Assembly (NCBI GenBank): GCA_963769935.1
Contig: CAVYNY010000010.1
Span: 32,001-96,000 of the forward strand
Reading direction: 5' to 3'
Length of the DNA stretch: 64,000 nt
DNA from: an uncultured delta proteobacterium
Lineage (GTDB): Bacteria; Desulfobacterota; Desulfobacteria; Desulfobacterales; JAFDCJ01
How positions within the stretch are numbered: position 1 is the first letter of the stretch; each line of letters begins with the position of its first letter. The position numbers and the translations under genes were made by a program. The notes below the pieces were generated by a model, which did no database searches, was not told the DNA's origin, and worked only from the letters and a program-made list of their open reading frames with translations. Of the stretch, positions 19,436-29,298 are shown one piece after another.

Positions 19436-20036
19436 GACTGAGAACTTCGGCAAACTCCTTTCCTGCTTGATAGGCTTCATCCAAATATTGGGGGAACTTA
19501 AGAACATCGCCCTCAAAATCAAGACCCCGGTATAAAAGGGCTTTCCAGAGTTCCATATCAATAACTTCAAAGAAATACTTCAAACTGAGCAGTATTCCAT
19601 CAAACAATTTTTTCCCTTTTGTAGCACCGGCTGAGATGAAAAGCCCTTTACGGCGTTTGGTTTGTTGATCCCTGCCTGTTTTTTCAATCCAGTGTTTTTT
19701 AACCCAAAGAGATTGAAACCGGTCCATTAGAATCTTCGTATGGGCGCTGACAGTATAAAAAAAGACCGGTGAGGCAAGCATTAAACCCTGGGCGGCTAAA
19801 ATCCGGTCCCGTGCTGCCTGAAAATCATCTTTCAGCCTGCATTCACCGGCTTGATTGCAGCCGTAAATCTCAAGGCAGGGAGACATTTTTAAGTCCCGCA
19901 GTACGATTTCTTCTACCCGGGCTCCGGCATCACTTGCACCCCCGACCGCTTTTTTCAACAGCGTCGCTGTATTGCCGTTTCGCCGAGGACTACCATACAC
20001 CGCAACTATCTTTGGTCCTGTCACGCTTTTACCCAT
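19419..20036 (-). CDS. Flavodoxin-fold NAD(P)H-dependent FMN reductase / iron-sulfur flavoprotein family
   Basis: GSPRRNGNT, PCLEIYGC...C..KDD, ASPVFFY, KILMDR. Confidence 0.88.
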   Translation of the reverse strand: MGKSVTGPKIVAVYGSPRRNGNTATLLKKAVGGASDAGARVEEIVLRDLKMSPCLEIYGCNQAGECRLKDDFQAARDRILAAQGLMLASPVFFYTVSAHTKILMDRFQSLWVKKHWIEKTGRDQQTKRRKGLFISAGATKGKKLFDGILLSLKYFFEVIDMELWKALLYRGLDFEGDVLKFPQYLDEAYQAGKEFAEVLSHEAKF

Positions 20037-20087
20037 AAGCTTTTGTCTTAAATGGACCGGATTAATTCCTGAAACCCGTGCCTTTGT

Positions 20088-20888
20088 TCAGATCTCCAGC
20101 ACCAGCCCGATCGGACAATGATCGGAGCCATAAATATCATTGTGGATGGGTGTCTCCTTAACCCAGCCCTTGTCGATGATGTCCCGGGTGATAAAAAAAT
20201 AATCAATTCGCCACCCGATGTCGCGATCCCGGGCCTTGAAACGGTAGGTCCACCACGAGTATTTGACGGTATCCGGATTAAAATAACGAAAGGTATCCAC
20301 ATATTCGTTTTCAATTAGGCGGTCGAGCCAGTCGCGCTCAATTCTAAGAAAGCCGGAAGTATTTTCATTTGCTTTGGGATTTTTCAGATCGATTTCGTTG
20401 TGGGCGGTATTATAATCCCCGGTGATAATGAGGCTTCGGCCCTGCTTTTTATACTCATCCGTATATTTGAAAAATGCTTCATAAAAATCAAGTTTGTACT
20501 GCAGCCGTTCTTCACTCATCTGTCCGTTGGGAAAGTATACATTAAAAAAGACAAAATCATCGAAATCCAGCTCCAGAATACGCCCCTCATCATCGTACCT
20601 GGGTTCTCCGATGCCGTGTTTCACGCTTTTGGGTTTGATGCGCGTATAGGCGGCCACACCGCTGTATCCCTTTTTAACTGTGGCATGCGACCAATGGGAT
20701 TCATACGGCTGGATATCGGTGATTTCCGGGGTAAGCTGCGGATGCTGAAGTTTGGTTTCCTGCAGCGCAACAACATCGGCATCCAATAGTTTGACGGAGC
20801 CGAAGAAGTCCTTTTTGAGGGCGGCCCGCAGACCGTTTACATTCCAGGAAATCAACGATATTCTTTTTCTATTCCTTTTCGTAGTCAT
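20088..20888 (-). CDS. xth: Exodeoxyribonuclease III / AP endonuclease
   Basis: SWNVNGLRA, LQETK, GYSGVA, GDYNTAH, WRIDYF, GSDHCP. Confidence 0.95.
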   Translation of the reverse strand: MTTKRNRKRISLISWNVNGLRAALKKDFFGSVKLLDADVVALQETKLQHPQLTPEITDIQPYESHWSHATVKKGYSGVAAYTRIKPKSVKHGIGEPRYDDEGRILELDFDDFVFFNVYFPNGQMSEERLQYKLDFYEAFFKYTDEYKKQGRSLIITGDYNTAHNEIDLKNPKANENTSGFLRIERDWLDRLIENEYVDTFRYFNPDTVKYSWWTYRFKARDRDIGWRIDYFFITRDIIDKGWVKETPIHNDIYGSDHCPIGLVLEI

Positions 20889-20924
20889 TTTCCCGACGCT
20901 ATCAGAGTTAAAAAATTGATCGAC

Positions 20925-21473
20925 CTACCGGCCCAGCAATCCATGGACTCGGCCATTCAGACTGCTGTTGGGTATGGCCTTCAGCACATTGCCGATCGAA
21001 ACGAAACACTGCCTGACAATTGCCGTTTTGGGCCGTGATGATTCCAGCTGGGCACCAATGGTTTTCAAATCAGCCATCAATTCGGCCAGGGGATCAAAGC
21101 CCAGCCCCAGAGTGCCGACTTGATCTTTGATTTCTGTGACAATTTGCTCAACCGCCTGCCGCGCGGCCGAATTCAAAAGCGGTTCCTCACCCAGCTTGGT
21201 TGACTTGCCGGCATCGGAAGCCAAAGGACCGATCAGGTCCTGAACCAGCTCCGATCCGGCGGCGCTGATTCCGATCCCGCCGGAGAGAGTTCGGATTTCC
21301 ACCAGCTGCGAGCCGATCAACTTTTCGGCTACCCTGGCAGCGGCATCCCGCTCCAGGCCCATCAGCCCGCCGATGTCATACATGGACACCTGCACCGAGG
21401 AATCGCCGCGGGTCTTTTCAAACAATTGGATTAAAAACTGCTTGCCGGTTTCATCAACTTCAGGATCCGTCAT
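20925..21473 (-). CDS. Hypothetical protein (start reassigned to MTDPEV; N-terminal winged-helix-like region)
   Basis: AAGG RBS; sits in the operon between citrate synthase and xth; good coding composition. Confidence 0.7.
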   Translation of the reverse strand: MTDPEVDETGKQFLIQLFEKTRGDSSVQVSMYDIGGLMGLERDAAARVAEKLIGSQLVEIRTLSGGIGISAAGSELVQDLIGPLASDAGKSTKLGEEPLLNSAARQAVEQIVTEIKDQVGTLGLGFDPLAELMADLKTIGAQLESSRPKTAIVRQCFVSIGNVLKAIPNSSLNGRVHGLLGR

Positions 21474-21474
21474 A

Positions 21475-22659
21475 TTACCTTTCTTCCAACGGTGTATATT
21501 CGCATACCGCCGGACCGCAATAGTCCCCGACGTACTCGGATTCAGGTCGGTAGAGCATCGGTTTGGGAGCGGCACCTGCAAATTGTTCCTCGATGATGTG
21601 GGCGCACCAGCCTGCTATCCGGGCAACGGCAAATACCGGGGTGAATAAATCCACGGGAAACCCCATGGCGTAATACAAGGAGCCGCTGTAAAAATCGACA
21701 TTGACGTATATATCCTTCCCCTTGCGTTTTTTAAATTCTTCTTTGCCGGTTTTTTCAAGCAGCGTGGCGATATCGTACCACCTGGTCTCTCCGGTTCTTT
21801 CGGCCATGGCCTTGATCATCTCTTCCAGAATGGGTGCGCGGGGATCGTCGGTATCGTAAACGGCATGTCCCAGGCCAAAAATCACCCGGCCGGCATCAAA
21901 TTCCTGATTGACATAATCATGTACCTTGTCGGCTGAGCCGATTTTAAAAAGCATTTCCATGACCCGCGCATTGGCACCGCCATGCAGGTCACCGGACAGT
22001 GAGCCCACCGCGGCGGCAACTGCGGCATACATGTGGGCTCTGGTGGAGGCAACTTCGCGGGCGGCAAAGGTGGAAGCATTGAAGGAGTGCTCGGCGTGGC
22101 AGACAAGCGCGACGTCCAGAAAACGGGCCACCTGCTTATCGGGAATCTCCCCGGTGAGCATGTATAAAAAATTGGCCGCGTGATCCAGATCGGGTAATGG
22201 CGGGACCGGTTTTTTGTTATTGCGGATTCGGTGCCAGACGGCGATGATCGCCGAAAATTTGGCAATCAGTTTGGTGGCCATGCGCCATGCCGCATCCATG
22301 GTTTGATCTCGGTTGAGGACATCCTCATCATGCTGCGCCAGCATGGGTACCACCGACTGCAAAATGTCCATGGGCAAAGCATTTTTGGGCATGGTGTGCA
22401 TGGCAGCAATCACCTCGTCCGGCAGCCCCTGCTGGGCCCGGATCCGGTGCCGGAACTCTTCTAGTTCGGCTTTGTCGGGCAATTTTTCGTAAAGCAGCAA
22501 ATGGGCGGTTTCTTCAAATGAAGCCCGTTTTGCCAAATCCTGGATTAAATACCCCCTGTAAATTAACCGTCCGTTGGCACCATCAACATCGCATATGCGC
22601 GACTGTGCAATGACAAAGCCTCGCAGGCCCGTATTCAAGATGGGTTTGCATGCTTCCAT
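21475..22659 (-). CDS. gltA: Citrate (or 2-methylcitrate) synthase
   Basis: GRLIYRGY, HAEHSFNAST, GDLHGGAN, FGLGHAVY..DPR, NVDFYSG, RIAGWCAH; GAGGTG RBS. Confidence 0.88.
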   Translation of the reverse strand: MEACKPILNTGLRGFVIAQSRICDVDGANGRLIYRGYLIQDLAKRASFEETAHLLLYEKLPDKAELEEFRHRIRAQQGLPDEVIAAMHTMPKNALPMDILQSVVPMLAQHDEDVLNRDQTMDAAWRMATKLIAKFSAIIAVWHRIRNNKKPVPPLPDLDHAANFLYMLTGEIPDKQVARFLDVALVCHAEHSFNASTFAAREVASTRAHMYAAVAAAVGSLSGDLHGGANARVMEMLFKIGSADKVHDYVNQEFDAGRVIFGLGHAVYDTDDPRAPILEEMIKAMAERTGETRWYDIATLLEKTGKEEFKKRKGKDIYVNVDFYSGSLYYAMGFPVDLFTPVFAVARIAGWCAHIIEEQFAGAAPKPMLYRPESEYVGDYCGPAVCEYTPLEER

Positions 22660-22781
22660 ATTCTCACCTCTCATGTTGTTCTCAGTTCGTTGCGGTCTTT
22701 CAATCTGGATGATTAAAAGGATTTAAAAAGGCCTATTCTAATAATGTATTAATGTGAGTTGTGGGAAAAAAGTCAAGCAAA

Positions 22782-23114
22782 TTAAAAAATCATTTTCTCA
22801 GGCGGCCGGCGTTCGGGAACATACTCGTGTGGTATTCGGCCGTCGTTCCATTCCTGCGAAACATAAAGATTGCAATAGCAGCTGCCGTATTCTTCAATAT
22901 CGGGTATGCTGTAAACGCAAGGGCAGATGATGTCCCGGTCGGCTGCGCGGTCCCCGGAAACCAGGCGGCACGGGCAGCCCATGTATCCATAACGCTCTTT
23001 GTTGACCAGCAGTGCCTCCAACAGCTCAAAGGTCCCCTGCTTGTCCTTGTTGAAATAATAACCTTTGGGTTCCTGAACCTTTTTCATTCTTTCGTAAAGC
23101 GCTTGTGCATCCAT
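22782..23114 (-). CDS. Ferredoxin:thioredoxin reductase catalytic-subunit-like protein
   Basis: CPCR, ICPC and CYC motifs of the FTR beta chain; coupled to the glutaredoxin stop. Confidence 0.9.
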   Translation of the reverse strand: MDAQALYERMKKVQEPKGYYFNKDKQGTFELLEALLVNKERYGYMGCPCRLVSGDRAADRDIICPCVYSIPDIEEYGSCYCNLYVSQEWNDGRIPHEYVPERRPPEKMIF

Positions 23115-23368
23115 CACATTCCCAATGCCTCCTTGATTTCTTTTTCCTTGAATCCGACGATAACCTTATCACCGATAATGATGGTGGGAAAGGAGCAGCG
23201 CGGATTAAATTTTTTGACATCCTCGATAATTGCTTTTCTTTCATCGCCCTTTAGCAGATCCACGTCGATAAATTCGTACTTGATGGTGCAGTCGCTCAGA
23301 TATTTTTTGGTCGCCCTGCAATGGCTGCACGTACTCAGAGAAAATACTTTTACCTCAGGATTAGACAT
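23114..23368 (-). CDS. Glutaredoxin (NrdH-like)
   Basis: CSHC active site, SFPTIIIG, GF motif; 84 aa. Confidence 0.9.
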   Translation of the reverse strand: MSNPEVKVFSLSTCSHCRATKKYLSDCTIKYEFIDVDLLKGDERKAIIEDVKKFNPRCSFPTIIIGDKVIVGFKEKEIKEALGM

Positions 23369-23884
23369 TGAATCTTCCTTTCAAAGTTGGAATGCCGACC
23401 CAGTTTCAGAAGCCGGCTCTAAGGCCGCCGGAAATGATACCTGATGATAATTTGAATTTAGATAATCAATTAAGATAGTAAGATAGCAAAAAATCCGGTA
23501 CATTAACACAGAAAATTTAAAATTAAATATCCAAAACCGGCATGCGTATCCAATCAAATTTTATACCAGGGAAATGATTAAATATACAAGTTATTAGATT
23601 ATTATGATATTAATAGGTTAATTCGATAATATCGGAAAACAATCTCATTATTCAATACAATGAGACAGATGAGACGCTGAAAAGGCCGGTTCATAGATAA
23701 AGAAATCAAAAACATTTAAATTGGCCTCGGACTGGCTTCAAAGTCAGTATCTCAAAAACAGATATTCTGGTGCCGGAAACCGATCAGTACATAACCGTCT
23801 ATTATTGTTATATTTTTTTGGCAACCGAAATTTTATGGTCGAATCTGAATTAAAGGTTCTTTCAATTTAAACAAAAGAGCTGAA

Positions 23885-23923
23885 GTCTCAAGTTTTTATG
23901 ATGCATACATGTATCACAAGACA
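23885..23923. promoter_or_regulatory. Putative enhancer (bEBP) site upstream of cooS1
   Basis: GTCTCA-N19-TGTATCACAAGACA; a near-identical motif lies upstream of cooS2; about 140 bp before the sigma54 promoter. Confidence 0.65.
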
Positions 23924-24062
23924 GTTGCCGAAATGTTTACTAAACACCGAAAGTATGCTATCAAATCGCAGTTCTTTGGCCGCCTCCTGAATTTGGTTAA
24001 TTTCTAAATAGTTACGCAAAGAGCGATTTAAATGCCGCATGTATTTAATTTTCTCTTGCATC

Positions 24063-24078
24063 TGGCATGGAATTGGCA
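24063..24078 (+). promoter_or_regulatory. Sigma54 -24/-12 promoter of cooS1
   Basis: TGGCATGGAATTGGCA versus consensus TGGCACG-N4-TTGCW (GG-N10-GC conserved). Confidence 0.7.
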
Positions 24079-24276
24079 GATAAAATTCGAGAACCTTGTA
24101 ATTGGTTAAATGTTTCTATCACGAGGGCCAACTCGTGGCAGCATAAGTTTGAGTGATATTCGTTTCTGGTAATTTATCCCATTTTAACTTTCAAACTGAA
24201 TTTTCATAATCACATCTAAGGTGGAAGTCCAGCCAGGTTATTTGAATTTCAATAAATCCAAAAAGGGAGGCCACTA

Positions 24277-26250
24277 ATGGAAGAGAAAAAAGTCATCTCC
24301 AAAACAAAGGAGATCGATATTAAAGATTTGACAATCTGCGAGGCCACCGCTCAAATGCTGGCCAAGGCCAGACGAGACGGCGTCGAAACCGCTTTTGACC
24401 GGGCAATTAATATGAAGGCTTGTCCCATCGGGGCGGATTCAGCCTGCTGCAAACATTGCGCCATGGGGCCCTGCCGGCTCAATGCCAAGGATCCTTACGG
24501 CAAAGTCGGGGTATGCGGGGCCACCATCGATACGATCATGGCGCGCAACTTCGCCCGCATGGTGGCCAGCGGCGCTGCCGCTCACACTGACCACGGCATG
24601 AGCATGCTGGATTTGTTCCGCGAAGTGGTAAACGGCAAGATCAAGGATTACCGGATCAAGGATACGATAAAGCTCGAGAAAGTTGCCACAGAAATCGGCA
24701 TTGAGACCGACGGCCGGGAAATCAAAGACATCGCCATGGATCTATATAAGGAGCTTGAGCGCACCTATACCCAGGTTGAAGGCGAAATACCGTTTACCAA
24801 GCGAGTTCCGGCAAAGACCCTTGAAACCTGGCGCAAACTTGGGATCGTGCCCCGGGGTGCCATGCGCGAAATCATGGAACTCATGCATCGAACCCACATG
24901 GGTGTCGACCAGCATTATGAAAATATCACCAAACAATGCAGCCGCACGGCCCTGGCCGACGGCTGGGGCGGTTCCATGGTGGCTACCGAAATTTCAGACA
25001 TCCTCTTCGGAACGCCGACACCGGTCGCAGCCGAGGTAAACATGGGAGTTCTGAAAGAAGATGCGGTCAATATCATTGTCCACGGACATGAGCCCAACCT
25101 GTTCGAGTCTATTCTGGAATCTGTAAATGAGCCGACCCTGGTGCGAGCTGCGAAAGATGCCGGGGCTTCCGGCATAAACCTGGTGGGCATGTGCTGCTCC
25201 GGAGCCGAGATGCTTTCCCGTCACGGAATTCCCCACGCCGGAAATTTCATGTCCACCGAAGCCGTGCTGGTTACCGGTGCCGTTGATGCCATGGCAGTTG
25301 ATGTTCAATGCATTAAACAGGGACTTGCCAAAGTCGCCGAATGTTACAATACGGTTCTGCTGACCACAAACCCCAGATGCCATATTGAAGGTGCGGAACA
25401 CATCGAGCTGCATGAACATGATCCCAAAAGCTGCACCGACGAAATCGTTATCAAGGCTATCGGTCGGTTTAAAAACAGATCGCTGCCCATCGAAATCCCC
25501 AAAATCAAAAACACCGGCATCCACGGGTTTTCGCACGAATATATCAATTATATGCTCGGTGGTACATTCAGAGCTTCGTATACCCCGCTGAATGACAACA
25601 TTATCAATGGACGCATCCGCGGCGTGGCTGGAGTCGTGGGTTGCACCAACCCGAGGGTAAAGCAGGACTACGTGCATGTTGAACTGGTCAAGGAACTGAT
25701 CAAAAACGACGTTCTGGTCCTTCAAACAGGTTGCTCGCAAATATCGCTTGCCAAAGCAGGCCTGCTGACCCCGGAAGCCGCCCATTTGGCCGGTGCCGGT
25801 CTGAAGGAGGTCTGCGAAACTGTCGGCATGCCGCCTGTCCTGGGCGTGGGGTCCTGCGTCGACAATAGCCGCATCCTGATTGCGGCTTCCGAAATGGTTC
25901 GCGTTGGCGGGCTCGGAAACAGTATCGCAGATCTCCCGGCGGCCGGAGCTGCCCCGGAATGGATGAGCGAAAAAGCCATCAGTATCGGTCATTATTTCGT
26001 CGCATCCGGCGTATATACGGTATTCGGAGTAACCTTCCCCATCGTGGAAGAGACCAAATTCCACAAACTTCTCTTTGGAGGGCTGGAAAAACAGGGTCTT
26101 GGAAAATGGGGATTTGCACCGGATCCGATTGAAATGGCCCACCTGATGATCGCCCATATTGATAAGAAACGCAAAGAATTGGGCATCGACAAGGCCAGAG
26201 AACGCACCCTTGTTGATATGGCTGATCGGCGGGCAATGGAAGCAGCGTAG
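24277..26250 (+). CDS. cooS: Ni,Fe carbon monoxide dehydrogenase catalytic subunit, copy 1
   Basis: D/B cluster C-X7-CC-X2-C-X4-C...GVCGA, AAHTDH, HGHEP, MCCSG, DVQC, GCTN, TGCS, GSCVDNSR, EWMSEKA. Confidence 0.96.
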   Translation: MEEKKVISKTKEIDIKDLTICEATAQMLAKARRDGVETAFDRAINMKACPIGADSACCKHCAMGPCRLNAKDPYGKVGVCGATIDTIMARNFARMVASGAAAHTDHGMSMLDLFREVVNGKIKDYRIKDTIKLEKVATEIGIETDGREIKDIAMDLYKELERTYTQVEGEIPFTKRVPAKTLETWRKLGIVPRGAMREIMELMHRTHMGVDQHYENITKQCSRTALADGWGGSMVATEISDILFGTPTPVAAEVNMGVLKEDAVNIIVHGHEPNLFESILESVNEPTLVRAAKDAGASGINLVGMCCSGAEMLSRHGIPHAGNFMSTEAVLVTGAVDAMAVDVQCIKQGLAKVAECYNTVLLTTNPRCHIEGAEHIELHEHDPKSCTDEIVIKAIGRFKNRSLPIEIPKIKNTGIHGFSHEYINYMLGGTFRASYTPLNDNIINGRIRGVAGVVGCTNPRVKQDYVHVELVKELIKNDVLVLQTGCSQISLAKAGLLTPEAAHLAGAGLKEVCETVGMPPVLGVGSCVDNSRILIAASEMVRVGGLGNSIADLPAAGAAPEWMSEKAISIGHYFVASGVYTVFGVTFPIVEETKFHKLLFGGLEKQGLGKWGFAPDPIEMAHLMIAHIDKKRKELGIDKARERTLVDMADRRAMEAA

Positions 26251-26269
26251 TGTCAGCCCACTCCATCGC

Positions 26270-26299
26270 AGGATGGCGTCTCAACCCGGACGCCATCCT
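26270..26299 (+). terminator. Hairpin after cooS1
   Basis: AGGATGGCGTC-tcaacccg-GACGCCATCCT, 11-bp stem followed by a short T run. Confidence 0.65.
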
Positions 26300-26426
26300 T
26301 TGCTGGGCTAAAAAATTTTAAATCAGACCAAAATCCTTTTTTATGATGTTACCCGGACTTGCACTTTGGGGCTCGTCGGCAGCCGGTTTTCAATCTTCCT
26401 CTTTTTTGCGCCATGTCCTGCCATTT

Positions 26427-26466
26427 GTCTCATCATCGATTTAGCACGAACCTGTATCATAAGACA
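26427..26466. promoter_or_regulatory. Putative enhancer (bEBP) site upstream of cooS2
   Basis: GTCTCA-N20-TGTATCATAAGACA (imperfect palindrome); about 144 bp before the sigma54-like promoter. Confidence 0.65.
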
Positions 26467-26609
26467 AACCGCGGATGGCTTTGCATCCTGAACGCTCGTT
26501 TCTTTCCCCCTACTATTTTTCCCATAAAATAAAATTTTATATGTTATTTTAATTGTTTAGCTATTATATCCAGGTTATATTCATACTTATTTAGTATATA
26601 TCAATAAAC

Positions 26610-26625
26610 TGGCATGAAAATTGTT
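26610..26625 (+). promoter_or_regulatory. Sigma54-like promoter of cooS2
   Basis: TGGCATGAAAATTGTT (-24 GG intact, -12 GT variant), with an AT-rich tract upstream. Confidence 0.6.
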
Positions 26626-26660
26626 ATATAATTTATAAATTCAACAAAGGGAGGCCACTA

Positions 26661-28634
26661 ATGGAAGAGAAAAAAGTCATCTCCAAAACAAAGGAGATCG
26701 ATATTAAAGATTTGACAATCTGCGAGGCCACCGCTCAAATGCTGGCCAAGGCCAGACGAGACGGCGTCGAAACCGCTTTTGACCGGGCAATTAATATGAA
26801 GGCTTGTCCCATCGGGGCGGATTCAGCCTGCTGCAAACATTGCGCCATGGGGCCCTGCCGGCTCAATGCCAAGGATCCTTACGGCAAAGTCGGGGTATGC
26901 GGGGCCACCATCGATACGATCATGGCGCGCAACTTCGCCCGCATGGTGGCCGCCGGCAGTGCCGCCCATACGGACCACGGCATGGGCATGCTCGACCTTT
27001 TCCGGGAGGTGCTGAACGGCAACATCCAGGATTACGGCATTAAAGACCCGCTCAAACTCATAGAGGTGGCCAAATCAATCGATATCGAGACGGACGGCCG
27101 GGAAATCAAAGACATCGCCATGGATCTATACAAGGAGCTTGAGCGCACCTACACCCAGGTGGAAGGAGAAATTCCCTTTGCGAAACGGGTGCCGCAAAAA
27201 ACACTGGAGACCTGGCGCAAGCAGGGAATCGTTCCCCGGGGAGCCATGCGCGAAATCATGGAGTTGATGCATCGCACGCATATGGGCGTGGACCAGCATT
27301 ATGAAAATATCACCAAGCAGTGCAGCCGCACCGCGCTGGCCGACGGCTGGGGCGGTTCCATGGTGGCTACGGAAATTTCCGACATTTTGTTCGGCACCCC
27401 ATCGCCGGTAGCGGTCGAGGTGAACATGGGCGTGCTAAAAGAAGACCAGGTCAATATCATCATTCACGGCCATGAACCCAATTTATTTGAATCCATAGTT
27501 GAATCGGTCAATGAACCCACCCTGATTCAGGCCGCCAAAGATGCCGGTGCCAAGGGGATCAACCTGGTAGGGATGTGCTGCTCAGGACTGGAAATGTTTG
27601 TCCGTCACGGAATACCTCACGCCGGCAACTTTATGTCCACCGAAGCCGTACTGGTCACCGGGGCCGTGGACGCCATGGGCGTTGATGTGCAGTGCATTAA
27701 ACAGGGCCTGGTTAAAGTTGCGGACTGTTATGAAACGCCGCTGATTACGACCAACCCGCGCTGCCGCATCGAAGGCGCCCTTCACATTGAATTTCACGAG
27801 CACGATCCCAAGGCCTGCACGGATGAAATCGTCATTCAGGCCATCGGTCGCTTCAAAAACCGCAGGCTGCCCATCGAAATTCCGCAAATCGTCAACACCG
27901 GCGTGCACGGGTTTTCCCACGAGTATATCAATTATATGCTCGGCGGAACTTTCCGGGCCTCCTATACGCCCCTTAACGACAATATTATCAATGGCCGCAT
28001 TCGCGGGGTGGCGGGTGTCGTCGGCTGCACCAATCCCCGGATAAAGCAGGATTGGGTGCATGTGGAACTGGTTAAAGAGCTGATTAAAAACGACGTGCTG
28101 GTGGTACAGACCGGCTGCTCTCAAATCGCACTGGCCAAAGCCGGACTGACGACTCCGGAAGCCGCTCATCTGGCCGGCCCGGGATTAAAAGAAGTCTGCG
28201 AAACTGTGGGTATGCCGCCGGTCCTGGGCTGCGGCGCCTGTGTCGACAACAGCCGGATTCTGATTGCCTGCGCTGAAATGGTCAAAACAGGCGGTCTGGG
28301 AGAAAGCATCGCCGATCTGCCGGTGGCCGGCTGTGCACCGGAGTACATGAGTGAAAAAGCGATCTGCATCGGACAGTATTTTGTGGCTTCGGGTGTCTAC
28401 ACGGTATTCGGTGTTACCTTTCCCATCGTGGAAGGAACCAAATTCTACAAACACCTGTTCGAAGAGCTGGAACAAAAGGGTATGGGAAAATGGGGCTTTG
28501 CCACCGATCCGTATGAAATTGCAGCGATGATGATCGCCCATATCGATAAAAAACGCAAGCAGCTTGGGATCGACAAGACCCGCGAGCGGACACTGGTGGA
28601 TATGGCTGACCGTCGGGCAATGGATGCGGCCTAA
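26661..28634 (+). CDS. cooS: Ni,Fe carbon monoxide dehydrogenase catalytic subunit, copy 2
   Basis: Same cluster ligands as copy 1 (GACVDNSR, EYMSEKA); same length, 657 aa; about 88% identical by hand count. Confidence 0.96.
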   Translation: MEEKKVISKTKEIDIKDLTICEATAQMLAKARRDGVETAFDRAINMKACPIGADSACCKHCAMGPCRLNAKDPYGKVGVCGATIDTIMARNFARMVAAGSAAHTDHGMGMLDLFREVLNGNIQDYGIKDPLKLIEVAKSIDIETDGREIKDIAMDLYKELERTYTQVEGEIPFAKRVPQKTLETWRKQGIVPRGAMREIMELMHRTHMGVDQHYENITKQCSRTALADGWGGSMVATEISDILFGTPSPVAVEVNMGVLKEDQVNIIIHGHEPNLFESIVESVNEPTLIQAAKDAGAKGINLVGMCCSGLEMFVRHGIPHAGNFMSTEAVLVTGAVDAMGVDVQCIKQGLVKVADCYETPLITTNPRCRIEGALHIEFHEHDPKACTDEIVIQAIGRFKNRRLPIEIPQIVNTGVHGFSHEYINYMLGGTFRASYTPLNDNIINGRIRGVAGVVGCTNPRIKQDWVHVELVKELIKNDVLVVQTGCSQIALAKAGLTTPEAAHLAGPGLKEVCETVGMPPVLGCGACVDNSRILIACAEMVKTGGLGESIADLPVAGCAPEYMSEKAICIGQYFVASGVYTVFGVTFPIVEGTKFYKHLFEELEQKGMGKWGFATDPYEIAAMMIAHIDKKRKQLGIDKTRERTLVDMADRRAMDAA

Positions 28635-28667
28635 TCAATCCGACAGACCGCAACAGTCAAAAACAAT

Positions 28668-28709
28668 AAAAACAAAAGGGGCTTCCCAACGGGAGCCCCT
28701 TTTGTTTTT
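28668..28709. terminator. Bidirectional intrinsic terminator
   Basis: AAAAACAAAAGGGGCT-tcccaacggg-AGCCCCTTTTGTTTTT between convergent genes. Confidence 0.85.
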
Positions 28710-28821
28710 GATCTTGGAACGCGAATGCGGCGGTCTTGCTTCTGTTTCAATGCCAGGAGGCGGCCGGCTGGAACCCAAAAATCAATGGGGCCTGAAGCCC
28801 AAACCTCTCAACCCTTACGAT

Positions 28822-29175
28822 TCATCTTTCCACGCCCAATTCACGTTTTAACCAAGCTTTTACATCGTCTTCAAGGGCATACACCCCTTTCAGCTCGCAG
28901 ACCTCCTTTTCATACTGCTGCGGCAGTTCAAATTGTGCCAGTTCAACCGCTTCTTCTGAATTGCGTCGGATCAGGTAAATAAAATAGGGTTTGTGCCAGC
29001 AGTTGACCACAAAATAGGTAGAATAATCGCTTTTCGAACGTATGGTATACTTCCCGCTGCCCCAATCCGTGTTGCCCCATTCCAGATAGAGTTTGACCGC
29101 TTGCTCAGGTCCCAGATCCCAGCTGATCTCATTGATCAGGTCGGTTTCTTTTTTTAATTCTTCCAGCGACAGCAT
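28822..29175 (-). CDS. DVU0772-family protein
   Basis: WDLGPEQAVKLYLEWGN, RSKSD...YFVV, LIRRNSE motifs, recognised from memory of the family; AGGAGG RBS. Confidence 0.75.
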   Translation of the reverse strand: MLSLEELKKETDLINEISWDLGPEQAVKLYLEWGNTDWGSGKYTIRSKSDYSTYFVVNCWHKPYFIYLIRRNSEEAVELAQFELPQQYEKEVCELKGVYALEDDVKAWLKRELGVER

Positions 29176-29217
29176 TTAGACCTCCTTTAATAGCAACCAA
29201 TCCTTTAAAACACAAAG

Positions 29218-29246
29218 AATGTAAGGATGTGTAGGACGGGTGTCAA
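29218..29246 (-). promoter_or_regulatory. Sigma70-type promoter for the DVU0772-like gene
   Basis: TTGACA-N17-TACATT on the minus strand. Confidence 0.7.
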
Positions 29247-29298
29247 ACAGCTGCAGGGAAGGTCCGGTATGGTACTTGCAACCTGGAAATATAAGCGG

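Noticed and set aside
23450..24270. Hidden small coo accessory gene or foreign island in the AT-rich stretch
   Set aside because: Only very short ORFs were found in the part inspected by eye; the composition fits a divergent regulatory region.
24994..26157. 387-aa antisense ORF within cooS1, and similar long shadow ORFs at 49392-50153, 53145-53909, 57198-57836 and 30010-30633
   Set aside because: Antisense mirrors of well-supported genes, expected from GC-biased codon usage; no recognisable motifs.
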